This document shows positions 18,281 through 27,891 of a DNA stretch of 64,000 bases, piece by piece. Made by a program: the position numbers and the translations under genes. Location of the stretch: NCBI GenBank assembly GCA_963768855.1, contig CAVYJM010000011.1, positions 96,001-160,000 on the forward strand, given 5' to 3'. The stretch's first letter is position 1; each line of letters opens with the position of its first letter. Under the pieces are notes generated by a model that saw nothing but the letters and a program-made list of their open reading frames with translations, did not search any database and was not told where the DNA came from. The DNA comes from an uncultured Thermoplasmata archaeon (GTDB taxonomy: Archaea > Thermoplasmatota > Thermoplasmata > RBG-16-68-12).

Positions 18281-19252
18281 CTAGAAGGCCATGACCTTGT
18301 CGATGCCCGCGAGCACACGGTCCGGGTTCGGCATGTACACGTCCTCGAGGGCATAGGGGAACGGCGTGTCGAAGCCCGCCACGCGGACGATTGGCCCGCG
18401 GAGGTACTCGATCGCCTTCTCCGCGAGGAGGGCGCTGATCTCGCCGCCATATCCGCCCGTCCGCGGGGCCTCGTAGACGACGACGGCCCGGCCCGTCTTC
18501 TTCACGGAATCGAGGACGGCGTCCACGTCGAGGGGCACGAGGCTCCGGAGGTCGACGACCTCTGCCTCGACGCCCTTCCCCGCGGCCTTCTCCGCCGCCT
18601 CGAGGCACACCTGGGCCATGTAGCCCCACGCGAACAGGGAGACGTCTTTCCCGGCGCGACGCACCAGGGCCTTCCCGATCGGGACGGTGAGCTCCCCCTC
18701 AGGCACTTCCTCGCGGAATGCGCGGTACAGCTTCTTGGGCTCGAGGAAGAGCACCGGATCCGGATCCCGGATCGACGACGTCAGGAGACCCTTCGCATCC
18801 GAGGGGGTCGACGGCACGACGACCTTGATCCCCGGGGTGTGGCAGAAGTATGCCTCGCTCGACTGGGAGTGGTAGTGCCCCCCGCGGATCCCGCCTCCGT
18901 ACGGGGTGCGGATCGTCATCGGGACCGTGTACTGCCCGCCGCTGCGGTACCGCATCTTGGCGGCCTCCGAGACGATCTGGTCGAAAGCGGGGTAGATGAA
19001 GTCCATGAACTGGATCTCGGGCACCGGGCGGAGGCCGTAGAGCGCCATGCCGATTGCGCTCCCGATGATCCCGCTCTCGGCGAGGGGCGTGTCGAACACG
19101 CGGTCGGGGAACTCGTCGATGAGGCCCTCCGTGCACCGGAAGACGCCGCCGTTCTTGCCCACGTCCTCGCCCAAGACCACGACGCGGTCGTCCCGTCGCA
19201 TCTCCTCCCGGAGAGCGTTATTGATCGCCTGCACCATTGTCATCTGCGGCAT
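18281..19252 (-). CDS. pdhB: 2-oxoacid dehydrogenase E1 beta
   Basis: LGEDVGKNGGVFR, DTPLAESGI, EIQFMDF, HSQS, DPVLFLEPK. Confidence 0.95.
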   Translation of the reverse strand: MPQMTMVQAINNALREEMRRDDRVVVLGEDVGKNGGVFRCTEGLIDEFPDRVFDTPLAESGIIGSAIGMALYGLRPVPEIQFMDFIYPAFDQIVSEAAKMRYRSGGQYTVPMTIRTPYGGGIRGGHYHSQSSEAYFCHTPGIKVVVPSTPSDAKGLLTSSIRDPDPVLFLEPKKLYRAFREEVPEGELTVPIGKALVRRAGKDVSLFAWGYMAQVCLEAAEKAAGKGVEAEVVDLRSLVPLDVDAVLDSVKKTGRAVVVYEAPRTGGYGGEISALLAEKAIEYLRGPIVRVAGFDTPFPYALEDVYMPNPDRVLAGIDKVMAF

Positions 19253-19258
19253 CCGCGT

Positions 19259-19837
19259 TCACGACTCCGTCGCGTAGTACTCCGCGTAGGGATCCTCGCT
19301 CGGCCCCTGCCCGGGCAGGCGTTCCTGCAGGTCCGGGTCGTCCTTGAGGGGACGGAGGTCCGGGTCTTCGTCGAGACGGTCGAGGTAGTCCGCCTGGAGT
19401 TCCACGGCCTTCACGAAGTGTTCGATCGCCTTAGGTTTGTTTCTCATTCTCGCGGCGATCCGCGCGACATTGTAGTGCGCGCTCGCGCGCCCGGGCTCGA
19501 GCTCGAGCGCATGTGCATACGCCCCAAGCGCCCCCTCGAGGTCTCCCGCATTCAGCAGATCGAACCCGAGGCTGTTCCATCCCTGCGGGTTGGACGGGTT
19601 CGCGTCGCAGAGCATCTGGTCGATCCGGGCGGCCTCGAGATGCTTGCCCTCGGACCCCAGGCAGGCCGCAGCGAGGGCGGCGGCCTCCGGGTCGACGGTG
19701 TCCTTCCTCTGGATGAGCGGACGCACCAGGGCCAGCGCCTCTGAGGTGCGTCCCTGCTTGAACAGTTCGTGGGCCCGGGCGACGGCGGTCCCGCCGGGTG
19801 GCGACGCGACGGCTGCGGCGCTCCCCTTCTTGCCGAT
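19259..19837 (-). CDS. TPR-repeat protein between E1 alpha and E1 beta
   Basis: TPR motifs (GWNSLG, AHYNVARIAA) and terminal DPDLRPLKDDPDL. There is no ATG/GTG/TTG near the upstream stop; ATC 19837 after GGGGTGA is the best start. Confidence 0.7.
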   Translation of the reverse strand: MGKKGSAAAVASPPGGTAVARAHELFKQGRTSEALALVRPLIQRKDTVDPEAAALAAACLGSEGKHLEAARIDQMLCDANPSNPQGWNSLGFDLLNAGDLEGALGAYAHALELEPGRASAHYNVARIAARMRNKPKAIEHFVKAVELQADYLDRLDEDPDLRPLKDDPDLQERLPGQGPSEDPYAEYYATES

Positions 19838-19841
19838 CCTC

Positions 19842-20903
19842 TCACCCCCTCGGGAACGCCTTCGCCTCGGCGAGCTGCTCGCGGAGGTTCCACGGGACAT
19901 CCTCGGTGACCTCAGTGAAGAACGTATCGACGGGAACCGGGGGCATCGCCTCGGCCTCGGATATCGCCTGCGTGATCTCGTCCCCGAGCCCCTTCTCCAG
20001 GGACGCCTCGCGAGGCTCGTCCCACCATCCTTGACGCTCGAGGTAGGCGCGGAAGCGGACGAGCGGGTCGCGCGCCCGCCAGGTCGCGGCCTCCTTCTCG
20101 TCCCGGTACCTCGACGGGTCGTCGCTGGACGAGTGCGGCCCGAACCGGTAGCTGAGCGCCTCGATCAGGGTCGGCCCCCGTCCGGCGCGCGCCTCCGCCG
20201 CAGCGTGACGAACCGCGCCGTACACCGCGAGCGCGTCCATGCCGTCCACGCGCAGCCCCGGAAGGCCGTAGGCCTGTGCCTTCTCCGCGAGCGTCGCGGA
20301 GGCGGTCTGCCTCGAGACCGGGAGGGAGATGGCCCACTGGTTGTTGTTGCAGAAGAAGACGCACGGGACGCCGAAGACGCCCGCGAAGTTCATCGACACG
20401 TGGAAGTCCGGGGTGCTCGTCGCCCCGTCGCCGAAGTACACGAGGACGGCGTCGCGGGCCTTGCGGAGCTTCATCCCCCAGGCGATCCCCATCGCGTGCG
20501 GGATCTGCGTTCCCACGGGCGAGGAGATGGAGAGGTAGTTCCCCTTGCGGTACACGTAGTGGCAGGGCATCTGGCGCCCCTTCGCGGGGTCGCCGCTGTT
20601 CGTCATGAACTGGCAGATGAGCTCCGTGAGGGGCATGCCGCGGGCCAGCGCGGCCCCGGGCTCCCGGTACTGCGGGACGATCCAGTCTCCCGCCTCCATG
20701 GCCATCGCCGCTCCGACGATCGCGGCTTCTTGGCCGATGGAGGGCCCGTAGAACCCGATCCGCCCCTGTCGCTGGAGCGCGAGCATACGGTTGTCGAGGA
20801 CGCGCTCGAGCATCATTGCGCGGTAGAGCCGTTCCGCGTCGGTCCGCGAGAGCCCGGGGTCGGCAGCGGGCTCGACGGACCCGTCTTCCCGGAGCACGCG
20901 CAC
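19842..20903 (-). CDS. pdhA: 2-oxoacid dehydrogenase E1 alpha (copy 2)
   Basis: LQRQGRIGFY, GRQMPCH, YFGDGATS, HSSSDDP; start uncertain (GTG 20903 or ATG 20951). Confidence 0.92.
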   Translation of the reverse strand: MRVLREDGSVEPAADPGLSRTDAERLYRAMMLERVLDNRMLALQRQGRIGFYGPSIGQEAAIVGAAMAMEAGDWIVPQYREPGAALARGMPLTELICQFMTNSGDPAKGRQMPCHYVYRKGNYLSISSPVGTQIPHAMGIAWGMKLRKARDAVLVYFGDGATSTPDFHVSMNFAGVFGVPCVFFCNNNQWAISLPVSRQTASATLAEKAQAYGLPGLRVDGMDALAVYGAVRHAAAEARAGRGPTLIEALSYRFGPHSSSDDPSRYRDEKEAATWRARDPLVRFRAYLERQGWWDEPREASLEKGLGDEITQAISEAEAMPPVPVDTFFTEVTEDVPWNLREQLAEAKAFPRG

Positions 20904-21019
20904 GGTTTCTCCCAGGGAATTCCTCCTCGACAGGAGTCGGTGTGAAAGCATCGGTCAACGCGGACTTAAGCGTATCGCAGGACGGCATCTCTTTATCGCC
21001 CCGGCGCTTTCGGCTCCGG

Positions 21020-21970
21020 GTGTCCGCCCGTGCCGACGCACGTGTCGTCGGCTACCTTGCGGTTTCCGTCGCAGCGGTCTTGTACGGCCTCTGGGCGAAC
21101 CTCTCGAAGCTCGTCGAGAACAGCGTGCCTCCCCTGACCATCGCGCTCTACACGCAGTTCCTCCCGGGACTCCTGTACCTTCCGGCCCTGGCGCGTCACG
21201 GCTTCCCCCGGAAGGACGTGCCTCTCCTGCTGGTCATCAGCGGGGCCGGAGCCGTCGCCGCCCCTGTCGTCTACTACTACGGCCTCGTCGGGACGACCGC
21301 GTCGAACGCCGCCCTCCTCTCCAACTCCGAAGCCGTGTTCACGGTCGTGATCGCGTTCGCGTTCCTCGGCGAGCGGCTCACCCGCAGAGGATACGTCGCC
21401 CTCGCGGGGGTCGTGGTCGGGGCGTTCATCGTGACGACGGAGCTGCGCCTGACGGACCTCGCCTCGGTACAGTACCTCGCCGGGAACCTCCTGCTCATCC
21501 TGGGAACCTTCTTCTGGGCCGTCGACAACAATGGGAGCACGGTCCTGAGCAAGCGTTCCCGGATCCTCCCGATGATCTCCGTGAAGCTGCTCCTGGGATC
21601 CGCCCTGCTCCTTCCCATCCTGCTCGTGGCCGGAGCGCCCCTCGTCCCGTCCGGTCCCGACGCGTGGCTTCTGCTCGTGATCGCCTTCGCCGGAGTGGCG
21701 AGCTTCACGATCCTTTTCTACTTCGCCCTTCGCCGGATCGGAGCGATGCGCGCGGGGTCCATCCTCTCCACGTCATCTCTGTGGGGCGTGCTCATCTCGC
21801 TCATCCTGTTCCCCGGAGAGACCCTGAGCCCGACGCAGATCGCGGGGGGCGCGCTGATGGTCCTCGCGACGATCGCCCTCTACGTGTTCGGCGGCACAGA
21901 GTCCGCCACGTCCGCCCCCGCCGGCGAAACCTTGAAACCCGCGGGCTCAGATGGTCCGAGGCTGCCTTGA
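21020..21970 (+). CDS. DMT/EamA family transporter
   Basis: About 10 TM helices in two repeats; TTASNAALL, FLGERLT; GTG start. Confidence 0.85.
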   Translation: MSARADARVVGYLAVSVAAVLYGLWANLSKLVENSVPPLTIALYTQFLPGLLYLPALARHGFPRKDVPLLLVISGAGAVAAPVVYYYGLVGTTASNAALLSNSEAVFTVVIAFAFLGERLTRRGYVALAGVVVGAFIVTTELRLTDLASVQYLAGNLLLILGTFFWAVDNNGSTVLSKRSRILPMISVKLLLGSALLLPILLVAGAPLVPSGPDAWLLLVIAFAGVASFTILFYFALRRIGAMRAGSILSTSSLWGVLISLILFPGETLSPTQIAGGALMVLATIALYVFGGTESATSAPAGETLKPAGSDGPRLP

Positions 21971-23577
21971 CGCCGCCGACCACTCAGACTCCGTTTGCCT
22001 CCCTCGCCCACCTGGTGCGGAGCCTCGAAGGCACCTCGAAACGCCTCGAGAAGCGCAGCCTGCTCGCGGACTTCCTCCGTTCTCTCCGGTCCGACGAGGT
22101 CGCCCCGGCGGTCCACCTCGTCGTGGGGCGCATCTTCGCGGAGTCGGACGACCGCGCCTTGAACGTCGGGTGGGCGACGCTGCGCCGCGCCCTGGAGGGC
22201 CAGAGGCAGACGTCGCTTGTGGCCGAGCCCCTCACCATCCTGGAGGTCTCCCGCGGCTTCGCCGAAATCGCCGCCGCGCACGGCCCGGACTCCGTACGGG
22301 AACGCCGCCGTCGGTTCGAGTCCCTCCTGGGAAGGGCGGCCCCGGGGGATCGCGACATCCTGCTGCGCATCGTCTTCGGCGAGATGCGGATCGGGGTCAA
22401 CGAGGGCGTCATGCTCGAGGGGATTGCGGACGCCGCCGGCGTCGATCTCGATTCGGCCCGGAGCGCCCACATGTTCTTGGGGGACCTCGGTCGCGTGGCG
22501 GAGATCGCGCTCCATGACGGTGTTCGCGGACTGCGGTCCGCGGGCCTTCGTCTCCTGTCCCCGATGAAGCCGATGCTCGCGGAGATGGCGGAGGACCTCG
22601 ATGCGGTCCTAGCGGAGCACGGTGGCGAGACCGCGATCGAGTTCAAGCTCGACGGCGCGCGCATCCAGATCCACCGGGTCGAGGACCGGGTCCGGATCTT
22701 CAGCCGCCGCCTCACGGACGTCACGGCGAGCCTCCCGGAGATCGTCGCCTTCGCGCGCTCGTTGCCCGCGACCCGGTTCCTGCTCGAGGGCGAGGTCGTG
22801 GCGGTCGATCGCGCCGGGAAGCCGCTCCCCTTTCAGGACCTGATGCGGCGATTCCGGCGCGTCCACGACATCGCGAAGACCTCGCAGGAGGTGCCGCTCC
22901 GGCTCTACGTCTTCGACGTCCTGAGCCTGGAGGGTCAGGATCTGATCGACACCGCATACCGCGACCGGTGGGCCCGCCTCGAGGCCCTCGTCCCCGCCGA
23001 GGTCCGCACGCCGCGCAAGGTCGTGCACACGCGCGAGGAGATTGAGGCCTTCCTGAGGGAATCCCTCGATGCGGGGCACGAGGGGCTGATGGCGAAGTCC
23101 CTGGCCTCGACGTACTCCGTGGGGAAGCGAGGCAAGAAGTGGTTCAAGATCAAGCCGGCGGACCATCTCGATCTCGCGGTCGTTGCGGCGGAGTGGGGTT
23201 CGGGCCGGCGGCACGGATGGCTGTCGAACTACTGGCTCGCGGTGCGTGAGGAGGCCACCGGGAACTTCCAGATGATCGGGAAGACGTTCAAGGGCCTCAC
23301 GGACCGTGAGTTCGAGCTCATGACGGAGCGGATGAAGGCCCTCGCCGTCTCCGAGGAGCGGTGGGGTTTCCACGTCCGTCCCGACGTCGTCGTCGAGGTT
23401 GCGTACAACGAGATCCAGAGGAGCCCGCACTACTCGAGCGGCTTCGCCCTGAGGTTCGCGCGGATCGTGCGCATCCGGGAGGACAAGGGCCCGGAGGACG
23501 TCGACACGTACTCGCGGCTCCAAGAGCTGTACGCCAAGCAGTTCGAGCGCAAGGGTCGCGGCCCGGCCGATTTGTGA
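21967..23577 (+). CDS. lig: ATP-dependent DNA ligase
   Basis: KPMLA, EFKLDGARIQIH (KxDG), EGLMAK, WFKIK, LRFARI; TTG start overlaps the EamA stop. Confidence 0.93.
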   Translation: MTPPTTQTPFASLAHLVRSLEGTSKRLEKRSLLADFLRSLRSDEVAPAVHLVVGRIFAESDDRALNVGWATLRRALEGQRQTSLVAEPLTILEVSRGFAEIAAAHGPDSVRERRRRFESLLGRAAPGDRDILLRIVFGEMRIGVNEGVMLEGIADAAGVDLDSARSAHMFLGDLGRVAEIALHDGVRGLRSAGLRLLSPMKPMLAEMAEDLDAVLAEHGGETAIEFKLDGARIQIHRVEDRVRIFSRRLTDVTASLPEIVAFARSLPATRFLLEGEVVAVDRAGKPLPFQDLMRRFRRVHDIAKTSQEVPLRLYVFDVLSLEGQDLIDTAYRDRWARLEALVPAEVRTPRKVVHTREEIEAFLRESLDAGHEGLMAKSLASTYSVGKRGKKWFKIKPADHLDLAVVAAEWGSGRRHGWLSNYWLAVREEATGNFQMIGKTFKGLTDREFELMTERMKALAVSEERWGFHVRPDVVVEVAYNEIQRSPHYSSGFALRFARIVRIREDKGPEDVDTYSRLQELYAKQFERKGRGPADL

Positions 23578-23676
23578 ACCGTGGACGGCCGCACCGAGGC
23601 ACACGCCGCTCCGTCGGCATACCTCTACTTAGAGGTGCGCGGTCGCCCGCACCGGCTCGAAGACGGTCGGTCTCGT

Positions 23677-24600
23677 TCATTCCACGTCGCGCGACGCCAG
23701 GATGGCCCGGGACTGGCTGCCCTGGCCGTACACGGTGAGGTAGATCCCCAGGAGCGCAAGGAGGGCCCCGGCGGCAACGCCGATGCTGGGCACCTGGCTC
23801 AGGATGGCCCAGGCCAGGAGGCTCGAACCGATAGGCTCTCCGACGAGGCTGAGACTGACCACGGGCGCCGTGACCCACCGGAGGGACCAGTTGTAGAGGG
23901 TGTGCCCGCCGATCTGCGGGATGACCGCGAGCGCGAGGAACAGGAGCAGCTCCGTATTCACGTTGCCCACGGGTGTGAGGCTCTCCCCGAGGGCGACCGC
24001 ATACAGGAACAGGACGGCGGTCGAGCAGGCGTACACGACCAGGGCGTAGTCGAGGAGGGCGATCCGTTGCCGCAGCTTCCGGCCGGCCAGGAAGTACAGG
24101 CCCGCCATGATGCCTCCGACGAACGCGAGGAGGTCGGCGTACAGGAGGCTCCCGCCGGGTCCGTAGTCCGCGAAGGCGATGACCACGACCCCGCTGAATC
24201 CAACGACGATCCCCACCGCCATCCACCGGTTGAGGCGCTCCTTGAGGACGAAGTGGGAGAGCAGGCCCACCATCAACGGATGGGAGGTCACGAGGACGAC
24301 GGAGGAGGCGATGCTCTCCTGCGGCACCTTCAGGGATGAGATCCAAAGGGTGAAGTGCGTCGCGAGGATTGCGCCGATGCCCGCCATGATCAGGAGGTCG
24401 CGGCGGGGCAGCCCCTTCAGCGGCCGCGTCCCTGCCAGGAGGTACCGCACGAGGAGGACGCCCGCTAGGATGAGCGTCGCGAACCCGAGACGGTAGAGCG
24501 CGATCGTGATCGCGGGGGACGTGGACCACGTGATGAAGATGGAGGCCCATGAGACGGAAACCACGGCCAGGGCGATGCCGGCGTAGGGGCCGCGGTCCAC
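23677..24600 (-). CDS. DMT/EamA family transporter
   Basis: 10-TM duplicated pattern; LVTSHP, LKER, GEPIGS. Confidence 0.88.
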   Translation of the reverse strand: MDRGPYAGIALAVVSVSWASIFITWSTSPAITIALYRLGFATLILAGVLLVRYLLAGTRPLKGLPRRDLLIMAGIGAILATHFTLWISSLKVPQESIASSVVLVTSHPLMVGLLSHFVLKERLNRWMAVGIVVGFSGVVVIAFADYGPGGSLLYADLLAFVGGIMAGLYFLAGRKLRQRIALLDYALVVYACSTAVLFLYAVALGESLTPVGNVNTELLLFLALAVIPQIGGHTLYNWSLRWVTAPVVSLSLVGEPIGSSLLAWAILSQVPSIGVAAGALLALLGIYLTVYGQGSQSRAILASRDVE

Positions 24601-24719
24601 GGACGCGGCACGGGTCCGGGGCTATGTAACGCCTCCGGCGCAGGGGAAGAACACGTTTTTATGGCCTCCACCGGATGCAGGCAGGACTCGGCCGGCGGCC
24701 GAGGCTCGGAGGGTGTCGA

Positions 24720-25355
24720 ATGAAAAGCAAAGTCGGCGTCGTCATCGGAGTGATTGCAGTCGTGCTCGCGATCGTCGCGGTCATCGGCCCCTGGTGGACC
24801 CTACAAGCGCAGGCGACCCTCGGTCCGATTTCAATGAACGGGAACGACCAGTTCGGCCTGTTCGGAGGCTCTGCGTTCTTCCAGATGGGCTCGACGTCCA
24901 ACTCGAACACGACGAACTACAACGACATGCCCCACATCGGATCCGTGTTTACGGTCGCGACGATTCTCTTGGTGCTCGGGCTCATCCTCGGGATTGGGAT
25001 GATCGTCGTAGGTGCAATGTCCGCGTCCCGGCCGTCGTTCCAAAGGCTCGGAGGGGGCCTTGGCATCCTCGCGTTCCTCTTCGTCCTGTTCGGGGCTCTG
25101 TACGTCATGTCCTCCCTGCCCGACGCGGTGAACCAAGACAGCGGGGCTGCCACCTCCGGCACCACCGTGTCCGGGTTCTGGGGAACGAAGACGAGCGCCA
25201 TCGGCTCCTTCGCCCAAGCCACCGTCACCTGGAACGCGGGCTGGGGCTGGTACGTCGCCGTGGTCGCGGCGATCGTCCTCCTCGCTGCCGGCGTGGCGCT
25301 CTTCGCGGCGAAGAGGCCCGCGATGGCCACGCCCCTGCAGGCCCCGTCCCCGTAG
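24720..25355 (+). CDS. 4-TM membrane protein with claudin/PMP22/SUR7-like topology
   Basis: TM1-PWW-loop-GLFG-TM2-TM3-loop FWG-GWGWY-TM4; paralogue at 61076-61731. Confidence 0.7.
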   Translation: MKSKVGVVIGVIAVVLAIVAVIGPWWTLQAQATLGPISMNGNDQFGLFGGSAFFQMGSTSNSNTTNYNDMPHIGSVFTVATILLVLGLILGIGMIVVGAMSASRPSFQRLGGGLGILAFLFVLFGALYVMSSLPDAVNQDSGAATSGTTVSGFWGTKTSAIGSFAQATVTWNAGWGWYVAVVAAIVLLAAGVALFAAKRPAMATPLQAPSP

Positions 25356-25558
25356 ACGGAATCCGTAGCAGACATTCGCGTTCGTCCCCAGGAACGGTCC
25401 TCGCTGCGCGGCTGGGCCCTCTCCGCCCCGTCCCTACTGCGCAGCTCGCGCCCCGTGGACGCGGCTCCGCCCGCCGAGACGCCGGCCCGCCTAGGGCACC
25501 GTGTCGTTCGGGCTTATATCGGGAGAGCGCCATGCACGCCGAGCGACGGTGAACGTCA

Positions 25559-26428
25559 ATGCCGGTGGACCAGATACGGAAGATCGCCGTGATGGGCGCG
25601 GGGACGATGGGGGCGGGCATCGCCCAGACGTGCGCGGCCGCGGGATTCCAGGTGACGATGCGGGACATCGACCAGAAGTTCGTGGACGGTGGCTTCCGCC
25701 GCATCCGAGACCCGCTGATGAAGCGCGTCGAGAAGGGCAAGATGACCCCTTCGGACGTCGAGTCCATCGTTTCGAGGATCCACGGGACCGTGGATCTGAA
25801 GGAGGCCCTGAGCGGAGCGCAGGTCGTCATCGAGGCCGTCTTCGAGAAGATGGAAGTCAAGCGTGAGATCTACGCGGAGATGGACCGGATCGCGGCGCCG
25901 GAGGTCGTCTTCGCCTCCAACACCTCCTCCCTGAGCATCACGGAGATGGCGAACGTCACGAAGCGCCCCGACCGCGTCGTCGGCATGCACTTCTTCAACC
26001 CGGCGCCGGTGATGAAGCTCGTCGAGGTCATCCGCGGGTCCGAGACCAGCGACGCGACGGTGGGCCTCGCGAAGGACCTTTGCGTCAAGCTAGGCAAAGA
26101 GGCCGTCGAGGTGAAGGAGAGTCCAGGCTTCGTCGTGAACCGCCTCCTCGTGCCGATGATGAACGAGGCGTTCAACCTGCTCCAGGAGGGCGTCGCGAGC
26201 GCGGAGGACATCGACAAGGCGATGCGGCTCGGGACGAACATGCCCATGGGCCCGTTCGAGCTCGCAGACTACACGGGCATCGACGTCGGCCTGGACGTGA
26301 TGGAGGTCCTCTTCCGGGAGACCGGTGATCCGAAGTTCCGGCCGTCGCCGCTCCTGCGAAAGTACGTGCGCGCGGGCCGACTCGGGAAGAAGTCGGGCCG
26401 CGGCGTGTACGACTACACGAAGGGATAG
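25559..26428 (+). CDS. hbd: 3-hydroxybutyryl/3-hydroxyacyl-CoA dehydrogenase
   Basis: GAGTMGAGIA, EAVFE, ASNTSSL, GMHFFNP, PGFVVNR, PMGPFEL. Confidence 0.92.
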   Translation: MPVDQIRKIAVMGAGTMGAGIAQTCAAAGFQVTMRDIDQKFVDGGFRRIRDPLMKRVEKGKMTPSDVESIVSRIHGTVDLKEALSGAQVVIEAVFEKMEVKREIYAEMDRIAAPEVVFASNTSSLSITEMANVTKRPDRVVGMHFFNPAPVMKLVEVIRGSETSDATVGLAKDLCVKLGKEAVEVKESPGFVVNRLLVPMMNEAFNLLQEGVASAEDIDKAMRLGTNMPMGPFELADYTGIDVGLDVMEVLFRETGDPKFRPSPLLRKYVRAGRLGKKSGRGVYDYTKG

Positions 26429-26506
26429 CTTCCGCCGCCGTGAGCCGCAAAGCCTCCTCGGCCCGAAGCTTCATCGCGGCTCGCGCCATACCGGGCTCCG
26501 GTTCCC

Positions 26507-27286
26507 ATGCCTGATTTCATCCGCGTGGACGTCCAGGACCGCCTCGCGATCGTCACGATCAACCGGCCGGAGGTCCGGAACGCGCTCAACTCCGACGTCG
26601 TGCGGGAGCTCACCGCAGCCTTCGAGCGCCTCGCGCGCGACCCGCAGGTCGGCGCAATCATCCTGACCGGGGCCGGGGACAAGGCCTTCGTCGCGGGGGC
26701 GGACATCAAGGAGATGGTCGGCAAGAGCGGGCTCGAGATGCAGGCCTTCTCGGAGCTGGGCCGCCGCCTCGGGGACGCGATGGAGCGGTGCCCGAAACCC
26801 ATCCTCGCCGCGATCAACGGCTACGCCCTCGGCGGCGGATGCGAGATCGCGATGGCCTGCGACCTCCGCCTCGCCTCCGAGAATGCGAAGATCGGTCAGG
26901 CGGAGATTAACATCGGGATCATCCCGGGGTTCGGCGGGAGCCAGCGCCTGCCCCGGCTCGTCGGGAGCGGCTGGGCCGCCCAGATGGTCTTCACGGGCGA
27001 GGCGGTCGATGCGGCCACCGCGGAGCGAATCGGCCTCGTGAACCGGGTCGTCCCCGCAGACCGCCTCCTCGAAGAAGCGCGGTCGCTCGCACGCAAGATG
27101 CTCGAGAAAAGCCCGGTCGCTCTCTCCCTGGCGAAGGCGTGCCTCAGGGTGGCCCAGGAAATGCCGCTGCCTCAGGGGCTCTCGTACGAGGCCGCCGCAT
27201 TCGGCGTGGTCGGTGCCACGCAGGACAAGGTCGAAGGGATGACGGCCTTCCTTGAAAAGCGGAAGGCGGTCTGGAAAGGCGCCTGA
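26507..27286 (+). CDS. crt: Enoyl-CoA hydratase (crotonase)
   Basis: NRPEVRNAL, AFVAGADI, GYALGGGCE, PGFGGSQRL. Confidence 0.9.
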   Translation: MPDFIRVDVQDRLAIVTINRPEVRNALNSDVVRELTAAFERLARDPQVGAIILTGAGDKAFVAGADIKEMVGKSGLEMQAFSELGRRLGDAMERCPKPILAAINGYALGGGCEIAMACDLRLASENAKIGQAEINIGIIPGFGGSQRLPRLVGSGWAAQMVFTGEAVDAATAERIGLVNRVVPADRLLEEARSLARKMLEKSPVALSLAKACLRVAQEMPLPQGLSYEAAAFGVVGATQDKVEGMTAFLEKRKAVWKGA

Positions 27287-27451
27287 TCAGTACGACTCGA
27301 ACTCTTCCTGGAGGTCGATGACGACCTGCTCCAGGACCTCTTCGAAGGATGAGCTCCGGTATTCGCGCATGCCGCCCAGCTCGCTCTGGATCCGGGCGAT
27401 GAAGTTGTTCGAGCTCTTGAGGAACTCCACGTTGACGAGGGACTCTTCCAT
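27287..27451 (-). CDS. 54-aa acidic hypothetical protein (below ORF-track cutoff)
   Basis: MEESLVNVEFLKSSNNFIARIQSELGGMREYRSSSFEEVLEQVVIDLQEEFESY; strong GC3 codon bias; its stop abuts the crt stop. Confidence 0.7.
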   Translation of the reverse strand: MEESLVNVEFLKSSNNFIARIQSELGGMREYRSSSFEEVLEQVVIDLQEEFESY

Positions 27452-27645
27452 CGGTACCGGATCTCCCGGGGCGGCGCTCTGACGCGTTCCCGCGAAAGCG
27501 TATTGGAGGTCCCTATTTAATGCTTGGCAAATGTCGTCGCGAGCTCGGGCCTTCGTCGCCGTCTCCCGTTCTCCCTCAGGAATGTTTATCTACGTCCCTC
27601 CCTTTGGCGCACGCCCACCGACCTGGATAACGGAGTGAGACGCCT

Positions 27646-27837
27646 TTGGGAAACATCCGGCCGACCTACATCAAGCGTGTCGCGATCGAGCTCGTCAAGC
27701 AGTACGCGAACGAGTTCACGGGGGACTTCGAGCACAACAAGGCGAAGGTCTCCGAGCTCTGCGACGTCAGCAGCATCTTGATGCGGAACCGGATTGCAGG
27801 CTACATCACCCGCTACCGCCAGCGTGAGACAGTCTGA
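27646..27837 (+). CDS. rps17e: 30S ribosomal protein S17e
   Basis: [24 protein letters not shown]; TTG start. Confidence 0.95.
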   Translation: MGNIRPTYIKRVAIELVKQYANEFTGDFEHNKAKVSELCDVSSILMRNRIAGYITRYRQRETV

Positions 27838-27891
27838 GACGCGCGCCGGCCACCCGGGCCTGCGAGGCGACCCCTTCAGGAGCGGAGCGGC

